Below, piece by piece: positions 1 to 15,337 of a DNA stretch of 64,000 bases. The notes under the pieces are model-generated. The model was given only the letters and a program-made list of their open reading frames with translations. It did not search any database and was not told the DNA's origin. A program made the position numbers and the translations under genes. This DNA is from Oculina patagonica (lineage: Eukaryota). Numbering within the stretch: the first letter of the stretch is position 1; every line of letters begins with the position of its first letter. Location of the stretch: the NCBI RefSeq assembly GCF_052425735.1, contig NC_135759.1, forward strand, positions 5,456,001 to 5,520,000, written 5' to 3'.

Positions 1-3000
1 TAAAGATGACTTCTGTCTTCTTAAGGTGCTAAATTCGTTCTATGGATAAAAATGAAAACAGATAAAAAGCCAATCTATTTTCTGCTAAAATGCCAGGAAA
101 TATTGGATTTTTATTCACTAATGCATTACGTGGGAACGAAACAAATCCATTTAACTTAAAAAGTGTTTGCTGATTTAATTTATATGTTATTGTTCATCTT
201 AAAGTGAATTTACAGTTATCTTTCCTGAAAAGTGTTAAGATGCCTAAAAGCCAAAACTTTGCGATTAAAGCTAGTCATGTTAGTTTTTTACGATTATGTG
301 CAATTTTGCACGACAATATTGTATTTTTCCGGCCTTTTTGTAAAAATTAATATGGGTTTTTAACAGCTGCATAATACGAAGAAGGTAAATGAAATTTTAC
401 CCGAGTCATGTTCAGACGACGCGTTTAGTTTTAATTGATTTAGTAATCGCTCAATTCACAGTTTGAGGCGATAAACTACGTTAAAGTGCATCAAGTTATG
501 CTAGAAGTACGGAATGTCTACGTACAGAGGAAATCGATTAAGATTTTAGCGATGTTATCCATTTGTTGACAGAAAAGCTAACACTTTTGCGATTCAATAT
601 AACCTTGCAATTTGGTAATTTCTGTTTGTACTATGTGTTTTTTTGCGTCGCATTTAATATATCTGTAGAAACCTTCGTATTTTATTCAGATGAAGCCCAA
701 GTTATGTTTAAATGTGTGTTGTAAAGGTGGAAAAAGAAGAAATGTTCTTTGATTGAAGAATCGAATTTGAGATAATACTGAGCCCGTGGAGAAAATATCG
801 CCGGTTTATATTCTGAAAATGATAAACAAATTGAACTTGGTTTTAATGGCAGATGCAAAAGGCTTTTAGTAACTTAACGGACTTTGCCATTATCTAATTC
901 CAGTCACGATTCACTGCAGTAAACAAAACAAGACGAAATCCACACAGAAAGTGCCATCGCGCCTAATCAATAAAATCTTACCCTAAAGAATCGCCTCTGA
1001 CAATAGAAACACCCCATATAGTTATATCAGTACTCTATTATATCTATTAATTGACTCGTCAAAATTTAATGAATTTAACTCACAAAGAATTAATAAAGCA
1101 GTTGTGAAAATTTAAATGAAAGTTTTAAAGAGCTGTCAGGCAAACTTTAAGAAAATTTCCGATTGGCGGGGCTGTACCTTTGTTAGAATTTTAAGTTAGA
1201 GGGGAGTTAATCAAGAGATGTAATAATGAATCATTATTTTAGAAAGAAAACTACAAACGAGAAGCTCACTATAAAGTGTAGGTGATTATGACTTGAACAT
1301 CACCGTGTTTTGAGAAGCTGTTATTGAACTACAATGACGTATTCAATATCTGAAAGGTAAACAAGGAGCAATATCATTGAGAGTTCAACTTTGCATAAAA
1401 CATATAAAGGAAGCAAAATATACGATAAATGAAATTAAAGGTACCGGAATTCAAAATAACGCAAGCTTAGATGTACTTCTATTGAATAATCGTATTTTCT
1501 TTAAGGGGAACATTTGTGAAAACAAGGATGCGATAATGAAAAGCTTTTTGTGTTATTGACAATGTAATAAGCTTCGTGCCGGTCAACCACTGCACGATAT
1601 GGATTATTAAGTATGTTATCAACTGGTCTATATTAACCATCTCTCGCCGGTGATCTTTTCAAAAAGCATTAAAAACAAAACTAGGAAATAGAAGTCACAT
1701 CCGAGTGGGACAGAGGCTATTTGATTGAAAAGTAACAATACTTATAATAGTATATAATAAGAGACCAACTTAGAGGGAGTCTAACAGCGAAAACGCTAAC
1801 TACCTCATATGCCAAAGCCTGCTCTCCTTTAATAAAACACAGCCCTGTGCAAGTCACGGATTGTTTAGCAATGGACAAATTCGAGCCAAACGAAAGCATG
1901 GAACCACTCAGGTAAATTTTTAAACTTCATCTTTTCACTGTTTTTCGGCGTCTTAGAAAAAGGGACGATTAGAAGTAATTATTTATTGACTCAGGCCTTC
2001 TCGTAATGATTTAAAGGCGATGCTGGCAAATTTAGCTGGAGCTCGCCGATATAAATCTGTTTATGGAAGCTATCTACTATTAAACAAAGTAGTAGCTCTT
2101 TCCAACGTTCGGCAGCTATCAAAAGTATGCATTTTCTCCACGTACTTGTAATCTTTGCGCTTCGTATTTTTTTAGAAGTTACCAGATCACCAAGCAGTAC
2201 AAATTTATCAGTTTATTTCAATAGACAACTATAAAACCGCTCAACGATCAATATTTAATTATTGAGATAAAAGTAATGTTTGTTATGTCAGTGGCACACA
2301 CGCGCCCAGAGATAAGCATTACGTGCCGTTTTAAATTTTTACTACAAGTCTCCCGAATGCTAGCTAAAACTTAAAAAAAAAAAATAAACGAAAAGATAAC
2401 TTCATAAGAAATATAGGAATATGTCTAATTGTCGCAAGCTGCAAGGTGTGGCTGACGGCTTGAGACAGTTTTCATGGCGAAATCCTTGTAAGTGCCAAAA
2501 TCCAAACAGGCTTTTTTACTCACTAAAAATTCCGTCAAAAGTGCGTTAACAAAGTTTTTAACCATCAATTTTCTACTGATTCCAGTTGAAACATCATGAA
2601 AACCATTTATAGTTTTTCCTCGGTATATTCGCAGCAATTTCTTATCAGCTCTTTGAGAAAACCAGGCTGTAAAGAGATCAGTACTGCTGCTTACATGTTT
2701 GAAGTTTGTCTCAGCATATTCGCAAGACATCAAAACTAAAACTCAGGTTTTTCGCTTCCTACAGTAATTTGGTTTATTGGTTTATTCTCCGATTTTACAA
2801 TAAATCGTTTCTTAGGCATTGATCTTTCAAGTTTTATTTTTGCGTGCAATTTGAGGTGTAAGTGATAAGCATTTTAGGACATAATATAAAACGTTTGACC
2901 TCCGTAGACAGACGGATAATCCAATATTTAATCCGGCTATTTATTCTCTATTCATTCCTTACATATCTCTTAATGTTAGTTCTAAGAATTCACTAGCTCA

Positions 3001-6000
3001 TCGTGGCAATATCTCCTAAAATGACTATTCGCTTGCTGATAACTTTTTCGTATTCTCCACATAGTGTGTGTGCCGGACAATTTTGAAGGACATTGTAGGT
3101 CAGTTAATCATTTCGTGGCATTGAATTAAGGCTCCTATCAACCGTGTTGTGATATGGGTAGGTCACCGCTAGATGTTGACCTACAAATTTCTACTTTTAT
3201 TTACAACTTTTCAATCTTTCCTTTTACACTCAATGATACCCTCGATTGACAAAAAACAAATCGATTAACGCCCTTTTTTCTTAAAACAATTTCATCCTTC
3301 CGTTCTTCAAGCTAAACGAGCAGACATTTTTACTTATGCCGCCTTATTCAATTGATTCCCCATTCTATTTGTTTTCGGTATCCAAACAGTAATACAATCG
3401 TGATAATTTTCAATCGGTTTCTGCTCTGAACAAGGTTGGTCGAAACTTCATTGACAATGAAATCCCTTGCTAAGCATGAAAATGATGTGATTCACTATGA
3501 AATTAGCTCACAAGGAGGGTAGGCAACCATCTGAATCCATCTGCTTGTGACAAAGCAAAACATGTGTACCCAAACAATTAGAACTCTTTTTCGAAAACAG
3601 CTTAATTAAAGGTACACTAGTATTATTTTACAACAAATATCCTCTCTGTATAGAAACCTCTCTTGTTAAGTGTATTTGTTTACAATCAAAGAAAAGGATA
3701 ATTAATGTTTTGGGTCTTGTCCATTCTGTTGCTTTCGTTTAAATGTCCAATCAGTAACTCCAGGCTCCAAACATGTTGTGGAAATAAATCACAAAATCCT
3801 GCAACCTCACTTGTGCTTCTTATCCTCGAGTCAATAACATCCGTATTTACGGTATTCACCCTGTGACTGGTGCATTAACTGTTCTGTATATATTCTTTTC
3901 TTATTTCACACGAGTTTGTTTACTTTATTTCAATCTCCAGCTGGCGGTGTTGGAGTTCGTTTTAAATTCATAAAGCCATGACAATATTTGAGCGATGAAT
4001 TGCGAAGGTTTTTGTTCTTATGTCGACTTAAACAAATAGTTCAGAGGACATTTGCATTTTCCCTTAATTTTTTTCAGTTGATACGTTTTTGTTGAAATTC
4101 TCTCAATTCGTTTATTTAACTGTGATTAGAAAAGCCCAAACGTCGGCTCTTGGTTAAGTTTGCGTTAGAAGACTCTGGCCTTTGTTGAATGTGTTTTGCT
4201 TCAGGCTAAGGTAGCGTTTCTGCTTCAAAGCTTTTCTTGTTAATGATTTAATTTCCTGTGCTTGTCTTCGAATAATAACTTCTTTGCAAACGCTTCTTTT
4301 GTGAAAAACAATGAAAATCACTGAACCGGCTTCCAGTCACATGGAAGATTAAAAACGTAGACACGTTTACAAAGAAAATTGTCCATACCTCTTGCATCAA
4401 AAAGTTTCAACTCCTTCCTAGTAATTATCTACAATATGGGCAATTTCCTTAATGAAACATTAAAACCAACACAGCGGTTTTTGCCGCCTTCGTGTCAACC
4501 ACGCTCCCAGATTTCCTAAACGCTTAAAGTTGCCCTCTAGAAACCACAATGGCGGTATTTATACAAGACATTCATAATATTTGAATTGTATAATACTTCA
4601 TTGTTTTAAAGCTATTGAGCTCTTGTGCGGTTTAAATCACAAGTACCGACACAGCCAAGCTCATTAACGTCAAATATCTAAAACTAACACTGCTGTTGTA
4701 GCGAGTGTGACACAAGGAAAGAATTTTCCTTAGATAATATCTCCCTCTGAGGTTTGCAGATTGTTTCTAATTGACCCGGTTATTAGCATTGTTGTTAACT
4801 CGGTAAAACGTTTACCGCCTTATCGCGAGAGAAACCGTTCGGCAAATGGCAAACCTTAACGATTATTTCAAAGAATATTCCACTGATAAGAGGGGATACA
4901 GAGTAATTATGTAAAAAAAACGCACTATATAAACAACGGCGGGTTGCTTTCAACGAAATGAAGATGTTGGGCATTTTAGAATTTTAACCTTCTTAGAACA
5001 TGTCTTTTTTCTTGAATGAACGTTTATGACGATGTCTTACTATTAACATTTCTTTAACGAACTGCCTCGATTTCTCTTTGTTCAGTTTCCCAAAATATAC
5101 TTGTTAACAATAACAAATTGGCGCATAAGATACTTTAGATATAGATATGTTCCATGTTGATTGAATTGCAATTATCAAGCTGGGTGTTTAGGCAATCAGT
5201 GTTCTTTTGAGAAGCAGTGTAAGAGTGCAGTTTATCTTTGGCAACAGAAGGTTATTTATAACACGACTCAGGTGAAAAATATTCATAGACTTATCCGGTC
5301 ATTCTGTCTGTAATGATAAACAAGAGAAAATATTTGGATGTTCGTCTACACAATAGTTTACCTTTAGGGAAAACTGGACGTTTTTTGGAAGTTGACTGTT
5401 TTTTCGAACCGAATCATAGAAAGATTTTAAAGATAAAGAGGTTATAGGCTTAGAAACAATTTACGAACAGGGATTTATGGGTCGTCATTTTGTTGGCACG
5501 GAAATCTAAATGTTTCTCCAGCGAGTCATTTTGTCGGCGAGATCACAGCAATCTTGCTTGGTGCGTCAGTCAAAGAACTGGAACCAATGAGGAGGTTGCC
5601 TTTCTCAAAATGTGTGCCTTTGTTCGTCCGACCCCTCCTTAAGTTAAGCGCTAAGGTGCTTTCCAATTTCTATTCAGGGGTTTTCGGCTCCGTTTATCAC
5701 CAAAACTTATTGCACGCTAAGCGAGGTTTCATGTTTCACCCGAGCAATTATTGTGAAGTGGGTTTTTTACCCTAAGTGAGCATTAGGTGCTAATCGCTAT
5801 CACAACTCATCGCCACTTGAGGTTGTCAAATCATTCAATTAATTTGGATGACAATTATGCGTGCACGCAGCAATCAAAACAAGCTTGTCGACCGACGGTG
5901 ACTTCTATTGTACCGCCGCACATCAGTTTAGTATAGACACCGAATTTAATCCACCCCCAATAGCGTTACCAGAGGTTTCGTAACTCCGTGCGCGCTTACA

Positions 6001-6063
6001 GCGAACGGCGCAGAACAAGTCGCCGCCGTGCATAACAAAAGTACAGCGCGTTAAGCTAGCAGG

Positions 6064-6379
6064 ATGCAAGGCAGTGATCGGTTTTCTATCAATTCTCTCA
6101 TTGATAGCAGAAGTCGAGGAAGCTTGAGCAGTGATGCGGAGGACACTCAAGACATTTCTGGCCCCGAAGACGACTCCGCGCAGGAGACAAGACAGGCAGT
6201 GACATCATTCACTGTCAAAGATATTTTGGACCCACACAAGTTTAACGCTCCAAAAAGGCGCTTAAGCGAAAGCGATTCAGAGACTGAAAGCCCTAGTAAA
6301 GAAGAATCAAGAAATAATTCCTCATGGCATCCATGGATGGCGGCTACAAGATTTAGCCGAACGCAAAAATCAAACGGCG
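6064..6379 (+). CDS. NK1: NK1/slouch (NKX1-family) homeobox gene, coding exon 1
   Basis: ATG at 6064. Carries eh1-like motifs FSINSLI and TSFTVKDILDPHKF (NK1-type) and WHPWM. Donor G|GTAAGT at 6380, phase 1. Confidence 0.9.
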
Positions 6380-6907
6380 GTAAGTCCCACATTGATTGTG
6401 ATAAATCAAATTTCTCTTGAGAAGAAAAGTTTGTCCAGCGCGATGTCGCGATTTATTTAACTTAAATTTTTAGTTATTTGGTGATTGAAGACAAGATTTT
6501 TTTTATTTTACTGCAGCAATATTAATATAAAGTTCTCAGTATGTAACACACCTAAAAACGATTAATGTAAAAACAGCTAAATCACACCCGGCATCATTTT
6601 ATATATTCCCATTTTTGACCACTGAGCTCACATTAACAGCCATTTAGCTTAAAAGCTTTACCACGGCAGCAATTAATTCTCTATAAAATGTATATAAAAA
6701 GTATTTCTAGTTTTACTAACGTTTGTGCCGTTTAAATAATTTAATGTTGATAATTTGTCTTCTCCTCGCACGACGACGCCGACAAACGAGTCTGCACAAA
6801 TATCTCCTCAAACACGATCAGTTAACCACTCCATTGAAATGCTTGTTATCTGAAAGGCAGACGAATTACTCGTCGATCATTAAGTATAAATTTTAATTTC
6901 TCTTTGA

Positions 6908-7426
<519 letters not shown>

Positions 7427-7975
7427 CTGGAGAGACAAAGAAGCAGTGCATCAAAGATGCCTAATTCCGGCCAACAGAGGGAGGCGAGAACTCACCATAG
7501 GAACTTTGTATAAAAAGAAATGAGATGTATTTATGTTTGAAATCAGTATGATGTCTGATCTCCAATGCGACTTTGTTGTGGCACGCTTTCCCTAGGAGTG
7601 AAAGAAATTGATATATTCTGTGTCCTTTACACTCGTAAAGTATCGAACCAAGTTCCGATCAGTTCGTAATCTACAAGGTATTCTCTATCAAAGGCTATTA
7701 GGGTTTCTTTAATTTAACCAAAGTATTTAAATATATCCATTGCAATGAAAGGTTTTTTTTACCTCAGTTTATTTTGTTTCATGAAAGCAAGCCTTCGTAT
7801 GCCTCTTGGAATTAAGCCTGATTCGTCTTTTTCCTTCGAATGAACTCGAGCCAATTGTTTGAATCGAAACATTTAAGTGAGGGAGCTATTAAAATATTGG
7901 TATTTGTCGAACTTCTGAACTGTAAATACTGTATAGAACCAAATTAAGTGTAAAATAATCGGCCTCGTGAAGGAT

Positions 7976-8000
7976 AATAAACAATCGAAATTACAATAAA
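7976..8000 (+). terminator. Probable polyadenylation signals of NK1
   Basis: AATAAA at 7976 and 7995, followed by a GT-rich tract, ~550 bp after the stop codon. Confidence 0.45.
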
Positions 8001-11000
8001 TGTTTCCCAGTTTAGGTTGTGCGCTAAAGAGTTGCAACCCAAAAAATGTGTTAAGCTTAAAATGTACTTTTGCATTTATTGCTATATAAGGGGAAAAGCA
8101 AAATAAATAACTTTTTGACTTAGTCCTGGCTCGTATTTAGGCCGTTTTTTAGCATCTCACCGAAAACGGAAAAAAGATTTCTGCAAACAGCTGTTCCGAA
8201 ATTTTGACTTATTTTATAACCACAGAGTCGGCAGCCATTACTGCAGAGGCAACTTATCGACTGTTTCATGTACGGTAATGAAACTGGCAAAGCAGTCTAT
8301 AAATAAAATATACACTATTTTCACTTCAGAATTATCCTTGGCCCAAACAAAGTGTTTAGTTGTTCTGTGAAAATTTGTTTTGCTAATTGGCAAGAAATTT
8401 TTCTTTGAATGCTCCAATAAACCGCCTCCTTTGTTGATCTATTACGGCCCAATTTAGCCACACTGATGGTAAACCGGCGAACTCATCAACCACACCATGA
8501 GATTTCTTGTTTTCTTCGCACATAAAGGTTGCTAATTCTCAACAAATATTGAATTTACAACCACTTCCTGATGTCGGCTTTGTTTGAAAAAGATTTCGAG
8601 CGGAAAAGCCCACATTATGTACAGCAAAGTCTTTAAGGGCACCTGGTCGTGAGTTACACAAAATATCAATCATTTTCAAAGCAAGACCTTGACATTCAAG
8701 CGTTCCTTCATTTATATATTTTCAAAATAAGTTCGAAAAAGGCTTGTTGATGATCTTTGTTTATAAAAGTTCTGCTCAATTTGTAGGATTTTTTTATAAT
8801 TCATTGGCGTCTCCCACGCCTCGTAAATATCCGAGATAAGCTTCTTTTCAATTTTATTAACTCATTGTCGAATATGTTTTGATTTAAGTGACCAACACTG
8901 GGCTATTTTCCTTAATTTTGCTGTATGATTTCAAAGTCGTAGATAAAGGTAACTGCTGAGATAAAAAAAAGATAGGCTTTCTTATGTATGGAAAGAAGTG
9001 GGTTGAAATAATAAAAATTGTTTCTCCGCTGTCGTTGTGACGTGTGGCAAAAAAATGATCAATGGCCTTTTTACCATTAGGTTCGTTCATTTACGTGTTT
9101 AATGGAAATCAATAAATGAGACATCTCTTGAGTGTTCCTTTGTTACGTGAAGTTTCTCGATTTTGCCACCAAACCTGACTCGATGCGTTGAAGTCAAAAG
9201 CACATGGAATGGTAACGGGGTCTTTGTGCTTAGTATGAGGCTTTGGGTTCATTGTTAGTTCATGAATGAACTATAAAATTGTTTTTTGAATACTGATATG
9301 TTACAAGATACTTTGATTTGATCGTGTATCTGTTGTTGTGTAGACTGCTTATGCTCTGTATCAGTTAGCTTTTAATATCGAAAAACCGGGAGAGTCGTCG
9401 TTTTCTGGTTAACCCAAGAAGTTTGTTCCAACAACAGCGAACCTCTAGTTGCAACTAGAGTTCTGCTGAATGGGCGACTGAGATAGCTCCAAACTTTTCA
9501 TGATAAAATCAAATTCTGTTTAAATGTAGAAATATATCAGTCCTTTTCTTTCGTGAAGCGATAAGGATATCAAGGCAATTTTAATAACCTGGTTCGTTAC
9601 CAAACAATAAAAGCCGCTTTCTAAAGACAAGTTGAACAAAACTATAGCCGAGATGTTATCTTCCAAGCCTGAAGCAATGGTCCTTATTTTGCGGTTAAAC
9701 TTAAGTTAGCTTGCCGCCATCGTGGAGCCAAGACGCTGCTCATTTTCACTGAATTAAACTTTATTCCCTTTGCCTCTGTTATTCTGGAAACGTTACCGAC
9801 AAGGGCTGTGTTCTTGTGGTACATTTTTTCCAACTTTTGACAAGAACAGAACAATGGCGGGTTGGAAAGGTTGGAAATTAAGGTATACCAATCCTTCGAA
9901 CTCAGCTAAAGGAATGGCAAGCTAAAAGGTCATAGCAGTAATACCGCAGTGAGTATCATAATGAATCAAGAAAGGATGTCTGGAGATCATCTACAAGTCA
10001 AATTATTAAATCAAATTGGTTTATAATGTCCTTCTCCAGGGAGAAATGGCCTTGCCCTAATTTCTTGCTGAAATATATAATGCTTTAAAGCATGTGGCCG
10101 GCTCCGTAGTGAGGTCTTAATCTAACCAAGTTTCTTATAAAAAGGAGGAATAAACATATTTCTGTCAGTAGTAGTGAGTTAAACAGTATGTGGAAAAGTA
10201 AACGGTATCCTTTAGTGCAGGATTTTAACAAAGACAGAGATATAACGAAGTTAAATTTGTATTAAAAGACTATGTGACTGAGGAAAGGCCAGAAACTGCA
10301 ATGCAAAGCTAACCTTGAATCACTTTCTACAATTTGTGAAATTATGATTGTGAAAATCTTATTCCAATGACAATAAATGAGGGTGCATTTAGCGCCAATA
10401 ATATAACTTACAATTTGCCCACAGTGAAAAATGCAACATGCGTGATATCTGTGCAAAAAAAATGGAACGTGGCCTTACACCGGCAAACTGTTGTTGTCTC
10501 TTCTTTAGTGTGCCAGATTGAAATTGGAAGCAGTGGACAAAAAATGCGAGATTCCTTCTATTTTGAATTTATCGCCAAGGCAAGGCAAAATCGCCCCCAA
10601 CAAACAGTGAACTAGGATACATGCACTTACAATAAGGACTGATGAAGTCTTTGGATTTCCATGAGCTTTATTTGCCATTTCCTTCTTCATTTATTGAATA
10701 ACACCATTTTAAAAATATGGATTAACAATGACAGTTGACAACTGCTGCAGGAACATCAAACGCAAGTCAGATCAGCTTAAAGGACAAGTAAGCAGAAGAA
10801 GAAATTTGTTATAATTTCGTATCATTCTGTCATGTGCTCTTTGATAATTCCTCAGGAAGAATGCTGTTGTCTCAATTCTTCTGGAAGCCGTAACCAAGAT
10901 ACAAGCACTATCATCACAACTAACTCTCAATTAATATTAAGAAGACAAACGAACGCAAAAAGCTATCTAGATGATATCAGTTGTAACTGTGAACTTCTAT

Positions 11001-14000
11001 GAATTTTATTAAGTATGTTTTGACCGAATACAAGCGCAAGAAAACAAAATGTGAAAGGCATTGAATAGCAATCGGGCAATAGGATCAGGTCTTCAAAATC
11101 TGTTAACTCCATGAGTGTTCCTTAAAAACCTTTTCTCTTAACATAATGTGTATATTGTATTTATAAAGGTATTGAAAATTAAAGAAGTGGCCACTAAAAG
11201 GAAGCTCTTGATAATTTAGCAGATTATCCCAGATAGCGTTATAACAAATTTAAAAACTTGCTAATTTAATGAGAATATGTTCGCTTACGTTAATGGAAAT
11301 CTGGAGCACTTTTGTCATGTTTGATGACATTGAAATCGTCCCTTTCCTTTTTGGGTTAAAGCAAGTGAACGAAACTTAACTGAGATACATATATAGATAT
11401 AAATATCTTTTATCCTTTGTCTTATTGTGACAACGTAATTTATCATTGCTCAAGTAGTTAGCTATAAACAAAATTCCAAGAGAATAAATATTTAATTAAA
11501 AGAAGTGGTGTATTTCCTGAGTACTATCGTTCGTTTTTCTAAACACAAGTTGTCGCACGTTCAATCTGGCACATTGTCAGAACACTCTCGGCTACAAATG
11601 GCAATTCACGCGGGGGTATTACTCAAAATAAAGGCGATAAGGATAAATAAAATATCTCGTAGTAAACGATACTTAAATACTGTGCTTAGGATTACAAGTA
11701 TTCGTCGATAGTGTTCAATTGAAGACTAGATAAAGATAGGAAGCGGCAAATAAATGAATCATCTAGATCTCCGCGTTTATAAACGGCTTCAAGTTATTTT
11801 TTTTTCTTTCACTGATACTCACGTCACTAGCGAATTAAGCTGAATATTCTTCATGTTTCTTCGGTTTAAGGCCGGCAATCTTCGACGCGGCGTGTTAAGT
11901 ACCTCGTGCCGGCTCGGTTTTACCCGACAAAGGTCTAGATTTTCGTGTAATTGAGAATTCATGTGTTTTCCCACGGACTCGTTTTAAGATCACAGCATTT
12001 GTGTCAGTTACAGATCGATTCCTCGTTTTTTTTTACGCCAAGGAATCCTGCGACCATTTGAGGTGAAGAAGTAAAAAGGGGTTGTTGTAGCTTTTTTGTT
12101 AAACATTTGAACAATATTAATTGAATTTACTGACTGGCTTAATAGAAAAAAGCAAACATGTCGAATTATATATGTACTTCTGAGTGACTTACACCACTTC
12201 TATGCCCCATTAGCAAACAAAATCAGACAGATATCTTGAAACAGTAATAAACTGACATCGCAAATAGTTTGAAGACTTCAAACAGTTTTATTTTTTAATG
12301 TTCATGGGAACTTGTAGTGCAGTGTCGGGTAATCTTTTTCATGTGCCATTGACAAAGCCATTACTTTGTCGGCAAACATTAAAGGAAAAATTGGCTATTA
12401 TTCACGGCTCTCAAGCGTTTTGTTTACTCGTTTAGTCTGCTATCATTGCGCCTCACGTAAAGAAGGAATTAGCCGTGGCAAACAGTTTAATTAAATAAGT
12501 CTTTGTGGGCCAAAGTAAATACAGTTAATGAGAAAACACACAAAGGCTTAGAATAATTTAGGGACTTAACTTGTTCACCATTATCAGCACACGTCCTTGA
12601 GTTTGATTGTTTCCGATCAAGTCTTGATACGGCTTTGTATTGACCCGGCTGGGGGCCTCATGAACGCAATTTATGACATTTTTTTACTCATATTTAAAGC
12701 TATTATACCGGTGGTCAATTGAGACATACATCAAATTCCTTAAGCACACAAACTTTTTTATAAATCAAGCTGTTGGATTGTTGTGGCCTGTTTGTTAATG
12801 AATCGCAGGGGCATGTTACAACACTGGTTGTAAATTGTCTATTCACAAGCCATTTTACTGTGAAAAGCCATTGCTACAAAAACATACAATCAAAAACGCC
12901 TTGTGCTTCGTTAAATTCTGTCACCTTCTGATTGTAACATACTGAAAAGTCAGCTGTATTCTAAAAAGGCCGGTTTTGTTTGGGCACCAAACACGTGTTC
13001 CTAAAATACGCTTCGTTTTGACTATGATTAAACAGTTATTTCAGAAGATCCGTAATTTTTCCATTTTGCAATTTCACTTCTTACCAGGGCTGGGGAATAA
13101 AGACCTTTTAATAATAACCAAACTTATTTCCCTTCCCCATGTACTGGCTTGCAGTTGTTTCTGTGAGACAGTGCAGCCTGTACGGTTCAGCGTACACCGG
13201 GGTGCGACAATTCTAACAAGAGCTGTTTCCGCTACTGGCATATGCATGTGTTGATGAGGTTGCTCTCACAAATTCTGAGAATCCTTCTGCAAATTGACTT
13301 ATAATATCCTAAACTGTTTAACAATTTCCCGTTACAACTGTCAGCGATCCAGAATCACGGAAAACTGTGAAAATTCTTTACAAAATTATACATTATTCCC
13401 GGCGGAAGAGCACTTGTTAAGGCTTGTCGCCCCCTGCTCAGCAACCAACATGCTACGAACATGTCGCATTTAGCTATATAGTCTGCTGTTCAGTTTTAAA
13501 AACAAATTCGATAACACAAAGTAAATAGACCCCGGTGATGTATTGGCCAGAATAAGCAGTTAAGAATACTGTTAGCCTTTGTGAATGGCTGTTTGTCTAA
13601 ACGTTTTATTGAATTCGCAGCGAGGTAATTAATTCGACAATGATTATACTTTTACGCAGTGGTACATTGCTCGTGCCCTATTTTTGAATACAGAACTGCA
13701 CAAGCATGAAGAACGAAGCGCACACCAGCTTAGCGAAAAGTAAACATGGCAAAAGTAATCATAATATCAAACGGATTTAAGCGTCGGGGAATCGTGAACT
13801 TTATGACACATAACTCTAAGACCAAATTATGTAAAGCGGCTTTTCAATTATGTCTCTTATCCCTTGAGGGCTAAGTGGCTAACCTAATAAAGACCCGCGG
13901 TTCCTATGAATGCTGCTTAAACCAAACTCAATTGTGTCCCGGTGTAATAAATAGGTATAAATTGGCGTCAATCAATTTGATCTATTAATTGTGGCTCTCA

Positions 14001-14856
14001 ATCGAGACCCGGCGACCTTTTAAAACAATTAAACGAAGCTCATTGTCCAGTGTTTACAATACCCTGGCGTTTTGTAGCCCCAGGTCCTTATGTTTAATTG
14101 CTTATTGTGTTTAATCTCTTTGACTTTGCCGCAAAACTAATAAAGTTTTATGAAAAGCAAAGAAGCAATCGCGCGTGAATTGGTGGTCCATTGTTTTACA
14201 TTTCTTCAGTTCTTCATTTCTTCATTTTCGGCAGAACCCATTCTTTGATGTTCTTAAACACTGCCCTAACAACAAGAGTCACTGCATGAAGTCCACGGTA
14301 TCGGATCTTTATCTGTCGTTCGAAACTTCCAGTAAAATGAAGTGATAGAAAGAGCATAAAAACTCCTTTATATTCACCTGAAAATGCCCGGGTTAAATGC
14401 AGTCTTAAGTTAAGTTTAATTCGTTACAATTAGTGAGGACCCTTAGACTTGGTCAGAATGCATGCACCCAAATGTGACTAGCTCTGCCTACACACTCAAT
14501 GATAAAATAAACCTTTTTTTTTTCACAAGGCCTTTTTGAAAGGGGTTAGACGTCGGTATGTCTACTCAGTAAATGTGGCTGAGACTGACTACAACTAAAA
14601 TCACTCAGGGTGGACTTGTTCTTCAGTTTAGTCCTGGTTGAGACTTACATAAATGAGCACCTCTTCTCCAATTGTGCTTACAGCAATGAAATAGGAATTC
14701 TTAACCTTCACAGCTACCGGTAAAAGTTCTTGTTGAACCTACAGTAGATACAATTTAAGCTATCAGTTTAGTATTTATGTAAAAAGCTTGTAACGTATTG
14801 ATGAAATATACCACAAGTATATTGTATATATCCACGGGGAAAATGTTTGGCCTCGT

Positions 14857-15130
14857 GGACACCGCATGGTCTAGTGGTCAAGGCATTAGGCTTGAAATCG
14901 GGATATCCCTGATTCGAAACTTCGGCTTCAACAGTATATAGGTGAAAGTGCAACTCTGAAATGCCAAATTTCACCTTCTAGGCTATACAAACAGGGTCAG
15001 TCTTTCTGCACTAGCTAGGATATTCTTACTTAAACAGTACTAGCTCCATTAAGAACATCTGTTTGTTTATGTCGGTGTCCACATTTAGCACTACAATGCT
15101 TATTAATAAAAGCGATACCTAAATAAAGTG
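14857..15130 (+). mobile_element. Degenerate tRNA-derived SINE (paralog at ~43360-43570)
   Basis: A-box-like tggtctagtggtcaagg and B-box-like gattcgaaact; ends near aataaa. Confidence 0.5.
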
Positions 15131-15337
15131 GATCAATTGTTATTTTGTATTTGAGCTTACAATATGTAGTCTTGCTGAATATCTCAGCATAAATAATTGA
15201 ATATTACATGCTAGCCATTTTTTGTGATCAATTCAGCTATTTAAAAAAACACAGAGATAGTAGCTTTACACCTTTTTGCACCTGTCCGTAAAACAAAGCC
15301 TTCTATAAAGTGACGAAGCTTAAGCTCTTGGCGAAAC

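Noticed and set aside
2425-2733. 102-aa minus-strand ORF upstream of NK1
   Set aside because: No recognisable motif, a non-ATG start and no supported exon partners.
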